A stretch of 63,958 nt of DNA, filler included. It is 4 parts of 4 records of this genome, joined end to end, with 100 filler letters (N's around TTAATTAATTAA, not from the genome) between each part and the next. Parts side by side here need not be neighbours in the genome. Positions count along the whole stretch, not along the records: positions 1 to 22,126 come from SRR22947725_5382; 3 more parts are not named here. One strand, written 5' to 3'. Made by a program: the position numbers and the translations under genes. The first letter of the stretch is position 1, and the number at the start of each line of letters is the position of its first letter. Below are positions 1 through 9,803 of the stretch, piece by piece. The notes under the pieces were generated by a model, which had not been told where the DNA came from, made no database searches, and saw nothing but the letters and a program-made list of their open reading frames with translations.

Positions 1-125
1 AATCTATTTTAATTAGAAAAAAGGAGCTAGCTCTAAAAATTATTCATCCAACTGATAATGATTTTTACGAAGCATGCAGAGAGAAGCTTGGCTGGAGCCT
101 TGATATCACTGCCAATAAAAAATAA
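1..125 (+). CDS. nadK: NAD kinase, C-terminal fragment (partial at window edge)
   Basis: Frame from position 3 reads ...LKIIHPTDNDFYEACREKLGWSLDITANKK* (TAA 123-125). HP...Y...R.KLGW is the typical NAD kinase C-terminus. Not in the ORF track. Confidence 0.8.
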   Translation, partial: SILIRKKELALKIIHPTDNDFYEACREKLGWSLDITANKK

Positions 126-130
126 TTAAC

Positions 131-727
131 TTGAATATCAACAGTTCTTATTTTTACATCATAGCTTTGGCTATTTTTCTTACCCTATTTACAAATTTTG
201 GTCTGAATAATTCTTTAGAGCCTTTATTGTTCATAAAAACAAACCTCAACAGCTCTTTTGAAAATACATACCACATACACAATGAATGGTGGCGATTAAT
301 TACTCCCACCTTTCTGCATTTCTCCATGACACATTTAGTTTTTAATTGCTTATGGATTTATATCTTAGGCTCAAGAATTGAAAAGTTAGATGGATTAAGT
401 GTCTTTTTATTGATTTTTATCTTGACCGGTATTTTGAGTAATGCAGGCCAATTCTTTTGGACGCAACAATATTTATTTGGAGGTCTCAGCGGAGCTGTGT
501 ATGGTCTTTTAGGCTATTGTTTTATTATTGAGCTTGATGCTCGTCATGGGCGATATGCTCTGCCAGAGGCCTTATATTTATTTATGTTTATTTGGCTCTT
601 AGTTGGTTTTACAGGAGTTTTAAGTTTTTTTGGTTTCGGCAATGTCGCAAATACAGCACATTTAGTTGGTATGATTGCAGGGTTTATAATAGGCTTGATT
701 ACAAAATATAGTTTAAAACTTAAATAG
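131..727 (+). CDS. Rhomboid intramembrane serine protease (GlpG-like, no N-terminal soluble domain)
   Basis: WWR motif, HFSxxHLxFN, GLSG catalytic Ser and AHLxG catalytic His; hydrophobic throughout; TTG start. Confidence 0.9.
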   Translation: MNINSSYFYIIALAIFLTLFTNFGLNNSLEPLLFIKTNLNSSFENTYHIHNEWWRLITPTFLHFSMTHLVFNCLWIYILGSRIEKLDGLSVFLLIFILTGILSNAGQFFWTQQYLFGGLSGAVYGLLGYCFIIELDARHGRYALPEALYLFMFIWLLVGFTGVLSFFGFGNVANTAHLVGMIAGFIIGLITKYSLKLK

Positions 728-728
728 C

Positions 729-1562
729 ATGAGTAAAATTACAAAAGCGGTTTTTCCAGTTGCCGGTCTTGGAACAAGATTTTTACCCGCCACTAAGGCA
801 ATTCCCAAGGAAATGTTACCCATCATTGATAAACCTCTAATTGAATATGCGGTAGAGGAAGCAGTCCTTGCTGGCATAACAGAGATTATTTTTATTACCA
901 GCCATACAAAAAGAGCTATTGAAGATCATTTTGACCAAAACTTCGAGCTAGATGAGAAATTAATTAAGTCTGGAAAACATGACTATCTTGAAAAGATCAA
1001 TAGAAAGATATTTGCAGATGTTAAGTTTACTTACGTTAGACAAAAATCTCAAAATGGTCTTGGCGATGCAATACTTCATGCACGTCACTTGATTAACGAT
1101 GAAGCATTTGCAGTTCTTCTTGCCGATGATTTAATCTTAAATAGTCCGTCATGCACTGAGCAATTAATAGAGGCTTATCAAAAAACAAGCTCAACTGTCA
1201 TTGGTTTAAATAAGGTACCGGAAGAAGAGACTAATAAATATGGAGTTATTTCCAGTGATGATATTGACTCTTCATTAAAAACTATTCAGCTAAATGATAT
1301 CGTTGAAAAGCCAGAAAATAATCCTCCTTCTAACCTTGCGGTAGTAGGAAGATATATTTTATCGGCTAAAATTTTTAATTACTTAGAGAATTTAAAGCCA
1401 AGTGTTGGTGGCGAAGTTCAGCTTACTGATGCTATTAAGTTAATGTTGGCAGATGAGCAGGTCTTCGGACATATATATGATGGCCAGAAATTTGATTGCG
1501 GCTCCAGGCACGGATATGTTCAGGCTATTGCGCATCTTGCTCCAGGAGTATTAGGCGAGTAG
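729..1562 (+). CDS. galU: UTP--glucose-1-phosphate uridylyltransferase
   Basis: KAVFPVAGLGTRFLPATKAIPKEMLP signature, VEKP, GEVQLTDA. Confidence 0.95.
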   Translation: MSKITKAVFPVAGLGTRFLPATKAIPKEMLPIIDKPLIEYAVEEAVLAGITEIIFITSHTKRAIEDHFDQNFELDEKLIKSGKHDYLEKINRKIFADVKFTYVRQKSQNGLGDAILHARHLINDEAFAVLLADDLILNSPSCTEQLIEAYQKTSSTVIGLNKVPEEETNKYGVISSDDIDSSLKTIQLNDIVEKPENNPPSNLAVVGRYILSAKIFNYLENLKPSVGGEVQLTDAIKLMLADEQVFGHIYDGQKFDCGSRHGYVQAIAHLAPGVLGE

Positions 1563-1585
1563 ATGAATACCACCACTGAGATTAA

Positions 1586-2572
1586 ATGAAGTTTTTGGTC
1601 TCACTGTTGAGGCTTTTGCCTCCTGAAATTGCACACTCAGTAGCACTCAAATCCCTAAATATTATATATAGACTTAAACTTGTACCTGTTTTATTTCCAT
1701 TTAAAGGAAGTTCGTCAACCTTCTCTTATAAGAACTTAATTTTTAAAAATAGACTAGGCATTGCAGCTGGACTTGATAAAAATGGTGATTACATAGATTC
1801 ACTTGGTGCGCTAGGCTTTGGATTCATAGAAGTAGGAACTGTTACTCCCTTGGCGCAAGAAGGCAACCCGAAGCCACGAATCTTTCGTTTTCCCTTTGAA
1901 AAGGCGTTAATCAATAGGCTTGGATTTAATAACAAAGGTTTAGATTGCATGGTTAGCAACTTAAGGTCTAGAAAGTTCTCTGGTATTGTTGGCGTGAATA
2001 TTGGCGCAAATAAAAACTCAGAAGGGCAAAAGCGTATTGATGATTACGTTGAATGCATTGAGAAGATTTCACCTTACGCTGATTACATTACAATTAATAT
2101 CTCTTCTCCAAATACTCCAAACCTTCGTGCCTTGCATGCTAAAGAAAATCTAATTCCTCTTTTTTCAGCCATTAAGCTTGCGACAGAAAATGTTAACTAT
2201 CTTAAACCAGTGTTTATTAAAATTTCTCCAGATGAGACAGAGGAAACTATTCTCGATATTATTCAAGCAATAAGGGACTTTGCATTTGATGGTGTGATTA
2301 CCTCAAACACAACAATAGATAGAACTGAATTGAATCATGTATCAGGCCATAATATTGCCGGTGGGTTGTCAGGCAGACCTTTATTCAATAAATCTACTGA
2401 TCTTTTGAAAAAAATTCATATGCATGATCAAGACCTAGTCAAAATTGGGGTTGGAGGTGTCTTTAATAGCAAGGATTATGGGGAGAAGTTAGAATCAGGT
2501 GCTTCGCTTGTGCAAATTTATACAAGTTTTATATATGAGGGTCCCCAAATAGTTTCAAAGCTGCTTCAATAA
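1586..2572 (+). CDS. pyrD: Quinone-dependent dihydroorotate dehydrogenase (class 2)
   Basis: AAGLDKNG, GNPKPRIFR, NRLGFNN, NISSPNT, GGLSG motifs. Confidence 0.95.
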   Translation: MKFLVSLLRLLPPEIAHSVALKSLNIIYRLKLVPVLFPFKGSSSTFSYKNLIFKNRLGIAAGLDKNGDYIDSLGALGFGFIEVGTVTPLAQEGNPKPRIFRFPFEKALINRLGFNNKGLDCMVSNLRSRKFSGIVGVNIGANKNSEGQKRIDDYVECIEKISPYADYITINISSPNTPNLRALHAKENLIPLFSAIKLATENVNYLKPVFIKISPDETEETILDIIQAIRDFAFDGVITSNTTIDRTELNHVSGHNIAGGLSGRPLFNKSTDLLKKIHMHDQDLVKIGVGGVFNSKDYGEKLESGASLVQIYTSFIYEGPQIVSKLLQ

Positions 2573-2584
2573 ACTATTAAAATA

Positions 2585-3025
2585 ATGGAAATAATAATAG
2601 TAGTTTTCGTCATTTTATCTTTAATCGGCTCAATTAGCTTTTTAAAGCCATCAAAAAAAATGAAAGCTTTAAGTGCTATAAGGCATATTGCAAGCAAAGA
2701 AGGTTTTAAAATTGGCTCAACTCAAATTTTACGTAAAAAATTTAAAAGTTGGACTCCCCAAGTCGCAATTTATCAAATAAAAAATGATTCTTCATTTAAG
2801 GACATGCACTTTGTTCGGGAGGGAAATGCACTAATATTGTATGCTCCGATGTCTCTGAAATACGATAAACAATTTCTAGTCATACAAGAAAAAATTTTAC
2901 TATTGCCAAATTCTGTACTTGAAATTATTTTTTTTCAGTCCAATATAGCTATCGTCTGGAATGAAATGCAGGGGCATGAAGAGCTCTTAAATATCAAGAC
3001 AGCCATTTTAAATATAAGCAATTGA
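2585..3025 (+). CDS. Hypothetical protein with N-terminal membrane anchor
   Basis: 146-aa ORF closely spaced between pyrD and topA; hydrophobic N-terminus followed by basic KPSKK. Confidence 0.7.
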   Translation: MEIIIVVFVILSLIGSISFLKPSKKMKALSAIRHIASKEGFKIGSTQILRKKFKSWTPQVAIYQIKNDSSFKDMHFVREGNALILYAPMSLKYDKQFLVIQEKILLLPNSVLEIIFFQSNIAIVWNEMQGHEELLNIKTAILNISN

Positions 3026-3052
3026 CCAAAACTATAAATTACTAAATAAAAA

Positions 3053-5680
3053 ATGCCCAAGACTCTTGTCATAGTTGAATCACCATCGAAGGCAAAAACG
3101 ATATCTAAATATTTAGGTTCTGACTATATTGTTAAATCGAGTGTGGGCCATATTAGAGATCTGCCTAAAGGAAAATCTAAGACACCAGCTCAAAGAAATA
3201 CCATTCCGAAGGATTTACCTGAGGATGAAAAACGCCTGCTCAAAAAAATCAATGAGCGCAAAAGATTGGTTCGACGAATGGGGGTTGATCCAGACAATGA
3301 CTGGGCTGCAAATTATGAAATTATTCCAGAAAAAGAAAAGGTAATTAAAGAGCTTAAAACAGCTGCAAAAACAGTAGATACAATTTTTCTTGCAACTGAT
3401 TTAGACAGAGAGGGAGAGGCAATTGCATGGCATTTAAAAGAAGCTCTGGGAGCAGACAAATTTAATTACTCAAGGGTTAGATTTAATCAGATTACCAAAG
3501 ATGCAATTTTAAAATCTTTTGAGGACCCCAAAGAGATAGATCAGAATTTAGTTGATGCTCAGCAGGCTAGAAGATTTTTAGATCGAGTGGTTGGCTTTGA
3601 ATTATCACCACTGTTATGGGCTAAAGTTGCTCGCAATCTATCTGCTGGTCGAGTGCAGTCAGTTGCCTTAAGATTACTAGTTGAGAGAGAGCACAGTATT
3701 CAGAAGTTTAAACCTGATGAGTTTTGGGAAATTTCATTTACTGCTCTTGATGATGGAAAAACTAGTATTTCTTTTAGCTTAAATAGAAGGAAAAGCGATC
3801 CATTACTTCAATCCGATGAAGCTCAAAAAATTGCAGAATTAATTTCGTCGTCTGCTCTATCAGTTCATGAGGTCACTCAAAAACCAGTTAAATCTAAGCC
3901 TAAAGCACCATTTATTACATCTACCCTCCAACAAGCGGCAAGTACCAAGCTTGGTTTCAATGTTAAGCGAACAATGAGAACTGCTCAAAAATTATATGAA
4001 AATGGATTGATTACATATATGAGAACAGATGCTCCATCCTTATCTGCAGAATCAATTGCAGATGCAAGGATGTTCATAGAAACTAATTTAGGAGAAAAGT
4101 ACCTTACAAATGCGCCACGCATATATTCAAGCAGTGAGAATGCACAAGAAGCTCATGAGGCTGTTCGCCCAACCAATGCCTCAACCACATCTGACTCATT
4201 GCTATCATCTTCCGATGAAGAAAAAAGGCTTTATGAGCTTATTTGGCAACAGTTTATTGGCTCTCAGCTTCCCGATGCCGAATATTTAGCAACCAATGCA
4301 AAAATTCATTTAGAAGAATATATTTTTTCTGCCACGGGCAGAGAAGTTGTGTTTGATGGGTACACCAAAATTGTTAAGCCTAAGTCTGATGATCCAGATG
4401 CCCTTATTTTGCCCGCATTAATAAATGGACAAATTTTGCATCTAAATGAACTAGATAATAAACAAAAATATACTAAGCCGCCTGCGCGTTTTTCAGAAGC
4501 AGCTTTAGTTAAAGAGCTTGAAAAAAAGGGAATAGGCAGGCCCTCAACCTATGCCAATATTATTTCAACTATCCAAGATCGTGGTTATGTTGATGTTGAA
4601 AATAGAAGGTTCTTTGTTAAAAAGATTGGAATGATCGTTTCGGATAGATTGGTTAGCTCATTCGACGATATTATGGATTATAGTTTTACAGCAAATTTTG
4701 AGAATGAATTAGATCGAGTTGCCAATGGTGAGTTGAAGTGGAAGGATGTCCTAGATTCATACTATGCAGCATTTCAAGAGGATTTATTGAATGCCATGGA
4801 TGAAGAGACTGGCATGCTGCCAAATCTTCCAACGCTAACCAATATTAATTGTCCGGATTGTAAGAAGAGCAAATTAACTATTCGAAATGCAAGCAATGGA
4901 GTTTTCCTGGGATGCTCTGGCTACAGCCTTCTAGGTGATGAGCAATGCAAAAAAACCCTTAATTTAATTTCTGGTGATGAGGCTGTAAGCATAGATGACC
5001 AAGAAGAGGCGCAGAATTTAATAACAAAACATCGATGCTCCAAATGTGACTTGAGTATGGATAATTATCTTTTAGATGAAAATCATAAGCTGCATGTTTG
5101 CTCTAATAACCCTGATTGTGATGGCTTTGAAGTAGAAGAGGGCGCTTTCAAAATCAGAGGATATGATGGCCCCACTCTTTCATGCCATAAATGTGGCTCA
5201 GAAATGCAATTGAAAACTGGTCGCTTTGGTAAATATTTTGGTTGTATGAATGATAACTGCGGTACAACAAGAGCCTTGCAAAGAAATGGTGAGCCTAAAC
5301 CCATTGTTATGGAGCCCATTGTTACTGAAATTGCATGCACAAAATTTGAAGACTTTTATTTATTGCGAGATAGCATGAAAGGTTTATTTTTGGCTGCTAG
5401 CAAATATCCAAAAAATAGAGAGACAAGGGCGCCATCTTCCAAGGAATTTCTTGGGGCGGTATCTAAAGAGGCACTGATAGATGCATGCCAATACCTAGAG
5501 GATCCTATGAAACATCTTCATCTGCTAGAAGCTCCCAAAAAAGATTCAGAAGGGCACCCATATATCATTCGCTATAATAAAATCGAGGATACGCATTATC
5601 TAGCCTCGGAAAAAGAAGGTAAAAAGACAGGAAATACGGCCACCCATAATGGAACTAAGTGGGTTGAAATTACCAAATAG
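3053..5680 (+). CDS. topA: DNA topoisomerase I (type IA)
   Basis: LVIVESPSKAKTI, ATDLDREGEAI, SAGRVQS, LITYMRTD (active Tyr), GIGRPSTY, C-terminal Cys4 zinc ribbons. Confidence 0.97.
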   Translation: MPKTLVIVESPSKAKTISKYLGSDYIVKSSVGHIRDLPKGKSKTPAQRNTIPKDLPEDEKRLLKKINERKRLVRRMGVDPDNDWAANYEIIPEKEKVIKELKTAAKTVDTIFLATDLDREGEAIAWHLKEALGADKFNYSRVRFNQITKDAILKSFEDPKEIDQNLVDAQQARRFLDRVVGFELSPLLWAKVARNLSAGRVQSVALRLLVEREHSIQKFKPDEFWEISFTALDDGKTSISFSLNRRKSDPLLQSDEAQKIAELISSSALSVHEVTQKPVKSKPKAPFITSTLQQAASTKLGFNVKRTMRTAQKLYENGLITYMRTDAPSLSAESIADARMFIETNLGEKYLTNAPRIYSSSENAQEAHEAVRPTNASTTSDSLLSSSDEEKRLYELIWQQFIGSQLPDAEYLATNAKIHLEEYIFSATGREVVFDGYTKIVKPKSDDPDALILPALINGQILHLNELDNKQKYTKPPARFSEAALVKELEKKGIGRPSTYANIISTIQDRGYVDVENRRFFVKKIGMIVSDRLVSSFDDIMDYSFTANFENELDRVANGELKWKDVLDSYYAAFQEDLLNAMDEETGMLPNLPTLTNINCPDCKKSKLTIRNASNGVFLGCSGYSLLGDEQCKKTLNLISGDEAVSIDDQEEAQNLITKHRCSKCDLSMDNYLLDENHKLHVCSNNPDCDGFEVEEGAFKIRGYDGPTLSCHKCGSEMQLKTGRFGKYFGCMNDNCGTTRALQRNGEPKPIVMEPIVTEIACTKFEDFYLLRDSMKGLFLAASKYPKNRETRAPSSKEFLGAVSKEALIDACQYLEDPMKHLHLLEAPKKDSEGHPYIIRYNKIEDTHYLASEKEGKKTGNTATHNGTKWVEITK

Positions 5681-5778
5681 AACCCACTTGATTTAATACA
5701 GTTTATTCATATATAAGTAATTCAAGCACAAATCTTCATTATCGTTTTGAAGAGTGTTAAAGTTTAGAGAATAAAGCT

Positions 5779-6036
5779 ATGTCAAATTATTTAGAATTAA
5801 CACAACTCCCCGACGGCACTATTGTTTTAAGGCGATCCGATGATCATGGAAATCCGATTGTAAAAATTGAATTCTCCGCTGAGTCTAAGGAATTCTTAAG
5901 TGGTGAGGAGCTATCTGTTGCCAAAGAGATGATTCGAGCAGGGATCGAGAGTGTCAGTGGCAATTCTATTGATTTTGATGACTTTTTTGACAGTCAGAAA
6001 AAAAGCTTACGCAAAAAACCTGTAACGTTACATTAA
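5779..6036 (+). CDS. Small hypothetical protein (resembles a conserved gammaproteobacterial family)
   Basis: 85-aa ORF with ATG, LE...LPDG.I.LRR..D pattern and acidic tail; stop overlaps the lexA stop. Confidence 0.7.
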   Translation: MSNYLELTQLPDGTIVLRRSDDHGNPIVKIEFSAESKEFLSGEELSVAKEMIRAGIESVSGNSIDFDDFFDSQKKSLRKKPVTLH

Positions 6037-6650
6037 TGAGTTCGAATTAACCCAACACTTTTCCCCTCAATAAATGCTTCTTGCTCCCTTAGATCAATTT
6101 CAATTGTAGAAAAGTCCTTGTTAGCTGGTATCAGTTCAAGCAAATGATCTTTTTTCTTAAAATACTTCAAAGTAACTTCATCTTCTAATCTGACAACAAC
6201 AAGGTCACCGTTTCTAACGTCCGTTGTTTTTTTAATAGCAACTAAATCATCTTCATGAATTCCAGCATCAATCATACTCAAACCTTTTACTTTTAAAAAA
6301 TAGTCAAATTGATCAGCAAACATCTCAGGATCACATGGAATCCTTTTTTCTATATTCTCTTCGGCAAGAGTGGGAGATCCTGCTGCAACTAAACCTATGA
6401 CTGGGATTTGTAATCCAGATTGCTCATATTCTTGCTGACTTTTAATGATTGAGATGCCGCGCGAGGAACCACTTTTGATACTTATGTATCCCTTTTTTTC
6501 TAAGGCTCTTAAATGCATTTCAGCGGCATTAGGAGATTTAAATCCTAGCTCTTTGCATATTTCTGCCCTAGTTGGTGGAAAACCTGTTTGATTAAGATAA
6601 ACTTCTACACAAGCTAGAACTTTTGTTTGTTGTTTTGTTAATTCTTTCAT
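6033..6650 (-). CDS. lexA: SOS repressor LexA
   Basis: PPTRAEI...LGFKSPNAAE.HL.AL winged helix, VAAG cleavage site, GLSM (Ser) and VTLK (Lys) dyad. Confidence 0.97.
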   Translation of the reverse strand: MKELTKQQTKVLACVEVYLNQTGFPPTRAEICKELGFKSPNAAEMHLRALEKKGYISIKSGSSRGISIIKSQQEYEQSGLQIPVIGLVAAGSPTLAEENIEKRIPCDPEMFADQFDYFLKVKGLSMIDAGIHEDDLVAIKKTTDVRNGDLVVVRLEDEVTLKYFKKKDHLLELIPANKDFSTIEIDLREQEAFIEGKSVGLIRTH

Positions 6651-6656
6651 AGTATT

Positions 6657-6680
6657 TATACTGTATATTTTTACAGTATA
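6657..6680. promoter_or_regulatory. LexA (SOS) box, gammaproteobacterial type CTGT-N8-ACAG
   Basis: TATA-CTGT-ATATTTTT-ACAG-TATA palindrome with core at 6661-6676, 10 bp upstream of the lexA start codon. Confidence 0.92.
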
Positions 6681-6718
6681 TGAATATTATAGTTTAAGCG
6701 CAACCTTACTTATTTAAT

Positions 6719-7612
6719 ATGAATTCAAAATTAGTTGTTGGAATATCTTCGAGAGCACTCTTTGATTTAAATCAGAGCCATCAAATCTTTGAAAAAGAAG
6801 GTATTGAGGCTTATCGAGAGTATCAAATTGAAAATGAAGACCAAATTCTAGATCCTGGAGAAGCTTTTAATCTTGTTACTAAAATTTTAAAAATTAATAA
6901 TTTATATGATAAACAAGACAGAGTTGAAGTTATATTATTATCTCGCAATACAGCTGATACTGGCCTGCGCGTTTTTAATTCGATTGAGGCTCATAAGCTG
7001 AACATTACTAGAGCTGTTTTTTGTGGTGGAGAAAGTCCATATAAGTATGTGAAAGCTTTTGGGGTAGATCTATTTCTATCCAGCAGTAAAGATGACGTAA
7101 AAATGGCTATTGAAAATGGAGTTCCATCTGCAAGAATTATTCCATCGAAGATGAAGAAATCTGTTAAGTCAGACGAATTGTTGAGGATAGCGTTTGATGG
7201 TGATTCTGTAATCTTTTCAGATGAATCTGAGAAAATTTACGCAGAAGAAGGTCTTAAAGCTTTTATGGAGAATGAACGGAAGAAAAAATCCATGCTAAAA
7301 GCTGGCCCGTTTAAATCTTTTTTAGTTGAGCTAAATAAACTTCAGTCCGAGCTGGATTCAGATGATTGCCCGATTCGAACTGCGCTTGTGACTGCAAGAT
7401 CAGCGCCTTCTCACAAGAGAGTGATTAAAACTTTAAGAAAATGGGGAGTTCGCATTGATGAGTCACTCTTTTTGGGTGGAATGAATAAAGCAGATTTTTT
7501 AAAATCTTTTAAAGCTGATATTTTCTTTGATGACCAGCAGCAAAATATTCAAGATGCCTCAGCAAAAGTAACTTCAGCTCATGTACCATTCGGTATTAAA
7601 AACAGGAAATAA
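6719..7612 (+). CDS. 5'-nucleotidase (cytosolic cN-I-like family)
   Basis: VGISSRALFDL, LRIAFDGD.V.FSDE, TALVTARSAP, DIFFDDQ motifs. Confidence 0.9.
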   Translation: MNSKLVVGISSRALFDLNQSHQIFEKEGIEAYREYQIENEDQILDPGEAFNLVTKILKINNLYDKQDRVEVILLSRNTADTGLRVFNSIEAHKLNITRAVFCGGESPYKYVKAFGVDLFLSSSKDDVKMAIENGVPSARIIPSKMKKSVKSDELLRIAFDGDSVIFSDESEKIYAEEGLKAFMENERKKKSMLKAGPFKSFLVELNKLQSELDSDDCPIRTALVTARSAPSHKRVIKTLRKWGVRIDESLFLGGMNKADFLKSFKADIFFDDQQQNIQDASAKVTSAHVPFGIKNRK

Positions 7613-7613
7613 A

Positions 7614-8216
7614 ATGGATCTAGTTTGTTTTGATATGGAGGGAACCCTAACTCCAGAGATATGGGAGCAAGTTGCATCAGACTTTGGTATACAAGAGCTC
7701 AATAAAACCACTCGAGATATTCCATCTTATTCCGATCTTATGGATTATCGTCTTGAGGTCATGGCCAAGCATAATATTAAGCTAGCAGACGTTATTGCTG
7801 CTGCAAAAAAATTAGATTTACTTGAGGGCGCGCTAGATTTTTTAAACGAGGTTCGAAATAGTTTCCAAATTGTAATTCTCTCTGATACTTTCCATGAAAT
7901 TGCCTCACCTTTAATGGAGAAAATGGGATATCCACTGTTACTTTGTCATACTTTGGATGTTGATAATGAGGGCAATATCAAAGGTTATAAGTTAAGAAAT
8001 GATAAAGCTAAAAAACAAGCAATAATGGGTTTTCAAGTAATGGGTTATAGGTGTTTAGCAGCAGGGGATTCATTTAATGACCTGCAGATGTTTGAAGTTG
8101 CTGATCATGGGTTTTTTATTAATGCCCCTGAGTCTATATCAAGCACTATGCCAAACATCCCTAGTTTTAATAATTACTCTGATCTTTTGGGTGCTTTAAA
8201 AGAGGTTAGTTCATAA
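7614..8216 (+). CDS. thrH: Phosphoserine phosphatase / homoserine phosphotransferase (HAD)
   Basis: [33 protein letters not shown]. Start moved to ATG 7614, just after the upstream stop. Confidence 0.9.
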   Translation: MDLVCFDMEGTLTPEIWEQVASDFGIQELNKTTRDIPSYSDLMDYRLEVMAKHNIKLADVIAAAKKLDLLEGALDFLNEVRNSFQIVILSDTFHEIASPLMEKMGYPLLLCHTLDVDNEGNIKGYKLRNDKAKKQAIMGFQVMGYRCLAAGDSFNDLQMFEVADHGFFINAPESISSTMPNIPSFNNYSDLLGALKEVSS

Positions 8217-8218
8217 AA

Positions 8219-8881
8219 ATGAGCAATCCATTCTCTATCGACAATTATTCTAGACCAAACCTTGAGTTACTTAATGGTGAAAAGAAATTATTACTTCATA
8301 GTTGTTGTGCTCCTTGTGCTGGAGAGATTATGGAAGCTGTTTCAATATCTGAGATTGAAACCACAGTATTTTTTTATAATCCTAATATTCATCCTCAAGA
8401 GGAATATGAGATTCGCAAAGATGAGAATAAGCGTTTTTGTGACAAATTAGGCTTTGATTTTATTGATGCTGATTACGATAAAGATAATTGGTTTGAGAGG
8501 ATTAAAGGTCTTGAAAATGAGCCTGAGAGAGGTGCAAGATGCACTCAATGTTTTGATATGAGATTTGAGCGGTCTGCATTGTATGCCCAAGAAAATAATT
8601 TTAAGGTCTACGCAACAACCCTAGGTATCTCTCGTTGGAAAGATATGAACCAGATTAATGACTCTGGCCACAAAGCAGCGCAAAGATATCAAGATGTGCA
8701 ATATTGGGACTTTAATTGGCGAAAAAAAGGTGGTGCCGCCCGAATGATTGAAATCTCTAAGCGAGAACAATTTTATCAACAGGAGTATTGTGGATGTGTT
8801 TACAGCCTTCGAGATACTAATAAATGGCGCCAGGCTAATAACAAAGATAGAATTATTCGAGGAGTTAAATTCTATAATTAA
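8219..8881 (+). CDS. queH: Epoxyqueuosine reductase QueH (DUF208)
   Basis: [34 protein letters not shown]. Confidence 0.92.
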   Translation: MSNPFSIDNYSRPNLELLNGEKKLLLHSCCAPCAGEIMEAVSISEIETTVFFYNPNIHPQEEYEIRKDENKRFCDKLGFDFIDADYDKDNWFERIKGLENEPERGARCTQCFDMRFERSALYAQENNFKVYATTLGISRWKDMNQINDSGHKAAQRYQDVQYWDFNWRKKGGAARMIEISKREQFYQQEYCGCVYSLRDTNKWRQANNKDRIIRGVKFYN

Positions 8882-8920
8882 TTTGGGAAACACCCTCACT
8901 GCAAAGTACAATACCAACGA

Positions 8921-9802
8921 ATGAATACCCCAGGTAAAAAATTTAGACAGGCAATTGCAGACAGCAACCCTCTTATGGTTGTTGGTGCTGTAAATGCATA
9001 TTGCGCTAAAATGGCCGAATCTGCTGGCCATAAGGCTCTTTATCTATCTGGCGCAGGGGTTGCTAACGCATCTTTTGGATTACCTGATCTAGCCATAACT
9101 ACTCTAAATGATGTTGCTGAAGATGCACGAAGAATAACTCAGGCAACTGATCTTCCACTGTTATTAGATATAGACACAGGATTTGGTGGTGCATTCAGCA
9201 TAGCTCGAACAATTAAAGAAATGATTGCAGCTGATGTTGCTGCCGTTCATATTGAAGATCAAGTCACTCAGAAGAGATGCGGGCACAGGCCAAATAAAAA
9301 TCTTGTAGATAAGATTGAAATGAGCGACCGAATTAAAGCTGCGGTAGATGGAAGAACAGATGAGAGCTTTTTTATCATGGCAAGAACAGATTCATTCGCA
9401 AATGAGGGAATGAGTGGTGCCATTGATCGATGTGAAGAATACATAGAGGCTGGAGCTGACGGACTATTCCTTGAGGCAGTAACCAGCCTTGAAGATTACA
9501 GAAGCTTAAAAGATGCTCTAAAAGTTCCTGTGCTGGCAAATATTACTGAGTTTGGTAAAACTCCATTGTTTACCTCCGAAGAATTGGCATCTGCTGGTGT
9601 TGATATTATGCTGTTTCCACTCTCAGCGTTTAGAGCTATGAATAAAGCTGCTGAATCGGTTTATCAAGATATTGCAGAAAATGGAACTCAAAAAAAATCA
9701 ATCGAGCTTATGCAGACTAGAGATGAACTGTATGAGTATTTAAACTATCATTCTTTCGAGCAAAAACTCGATGAATTATTTAAGAGAAAGGAGAATCAAT
9801 AA
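8921..9802 (+). CDS. prpB: 2-methylisocitrate lyase
   Basis: [40 protein letters not shown]; adjacent to prpC and prpD. Confidence 0.95.
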   Translation: MNTPGKKFRQAIADSNPLMVVGAVNAYCAKMAESAGHKALYLSGAGVANASFGLPDLAITTLNDVAEDARRITQATDLPLLLDIDTGFGGAFSIARTIKEMIAADVAAVHIEDQVTQKRCGHRPNKNLVDKIEMSDRIKAAVDGRTDESFFIMARTDSFANEGMSGAIDRCEEYIEAGADGLFLEAVTSLEDYRSLKDALKVPVLANITEFGKTPLFTSEELASAGVDIMLFPLSAFRAMNKAAESVYQDIAENGTQKKSIELMQTRDELYEYLNYHSFEQKLDELFKRKENQ

Positions 9803-9803
9803 A

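Noticed and set aside
5686..5701. Possible second SOS box after topA (ACTTGATTTAATACAG)
   Set aside because: Only the ACAG half-site matches; the left half is not CTGT.
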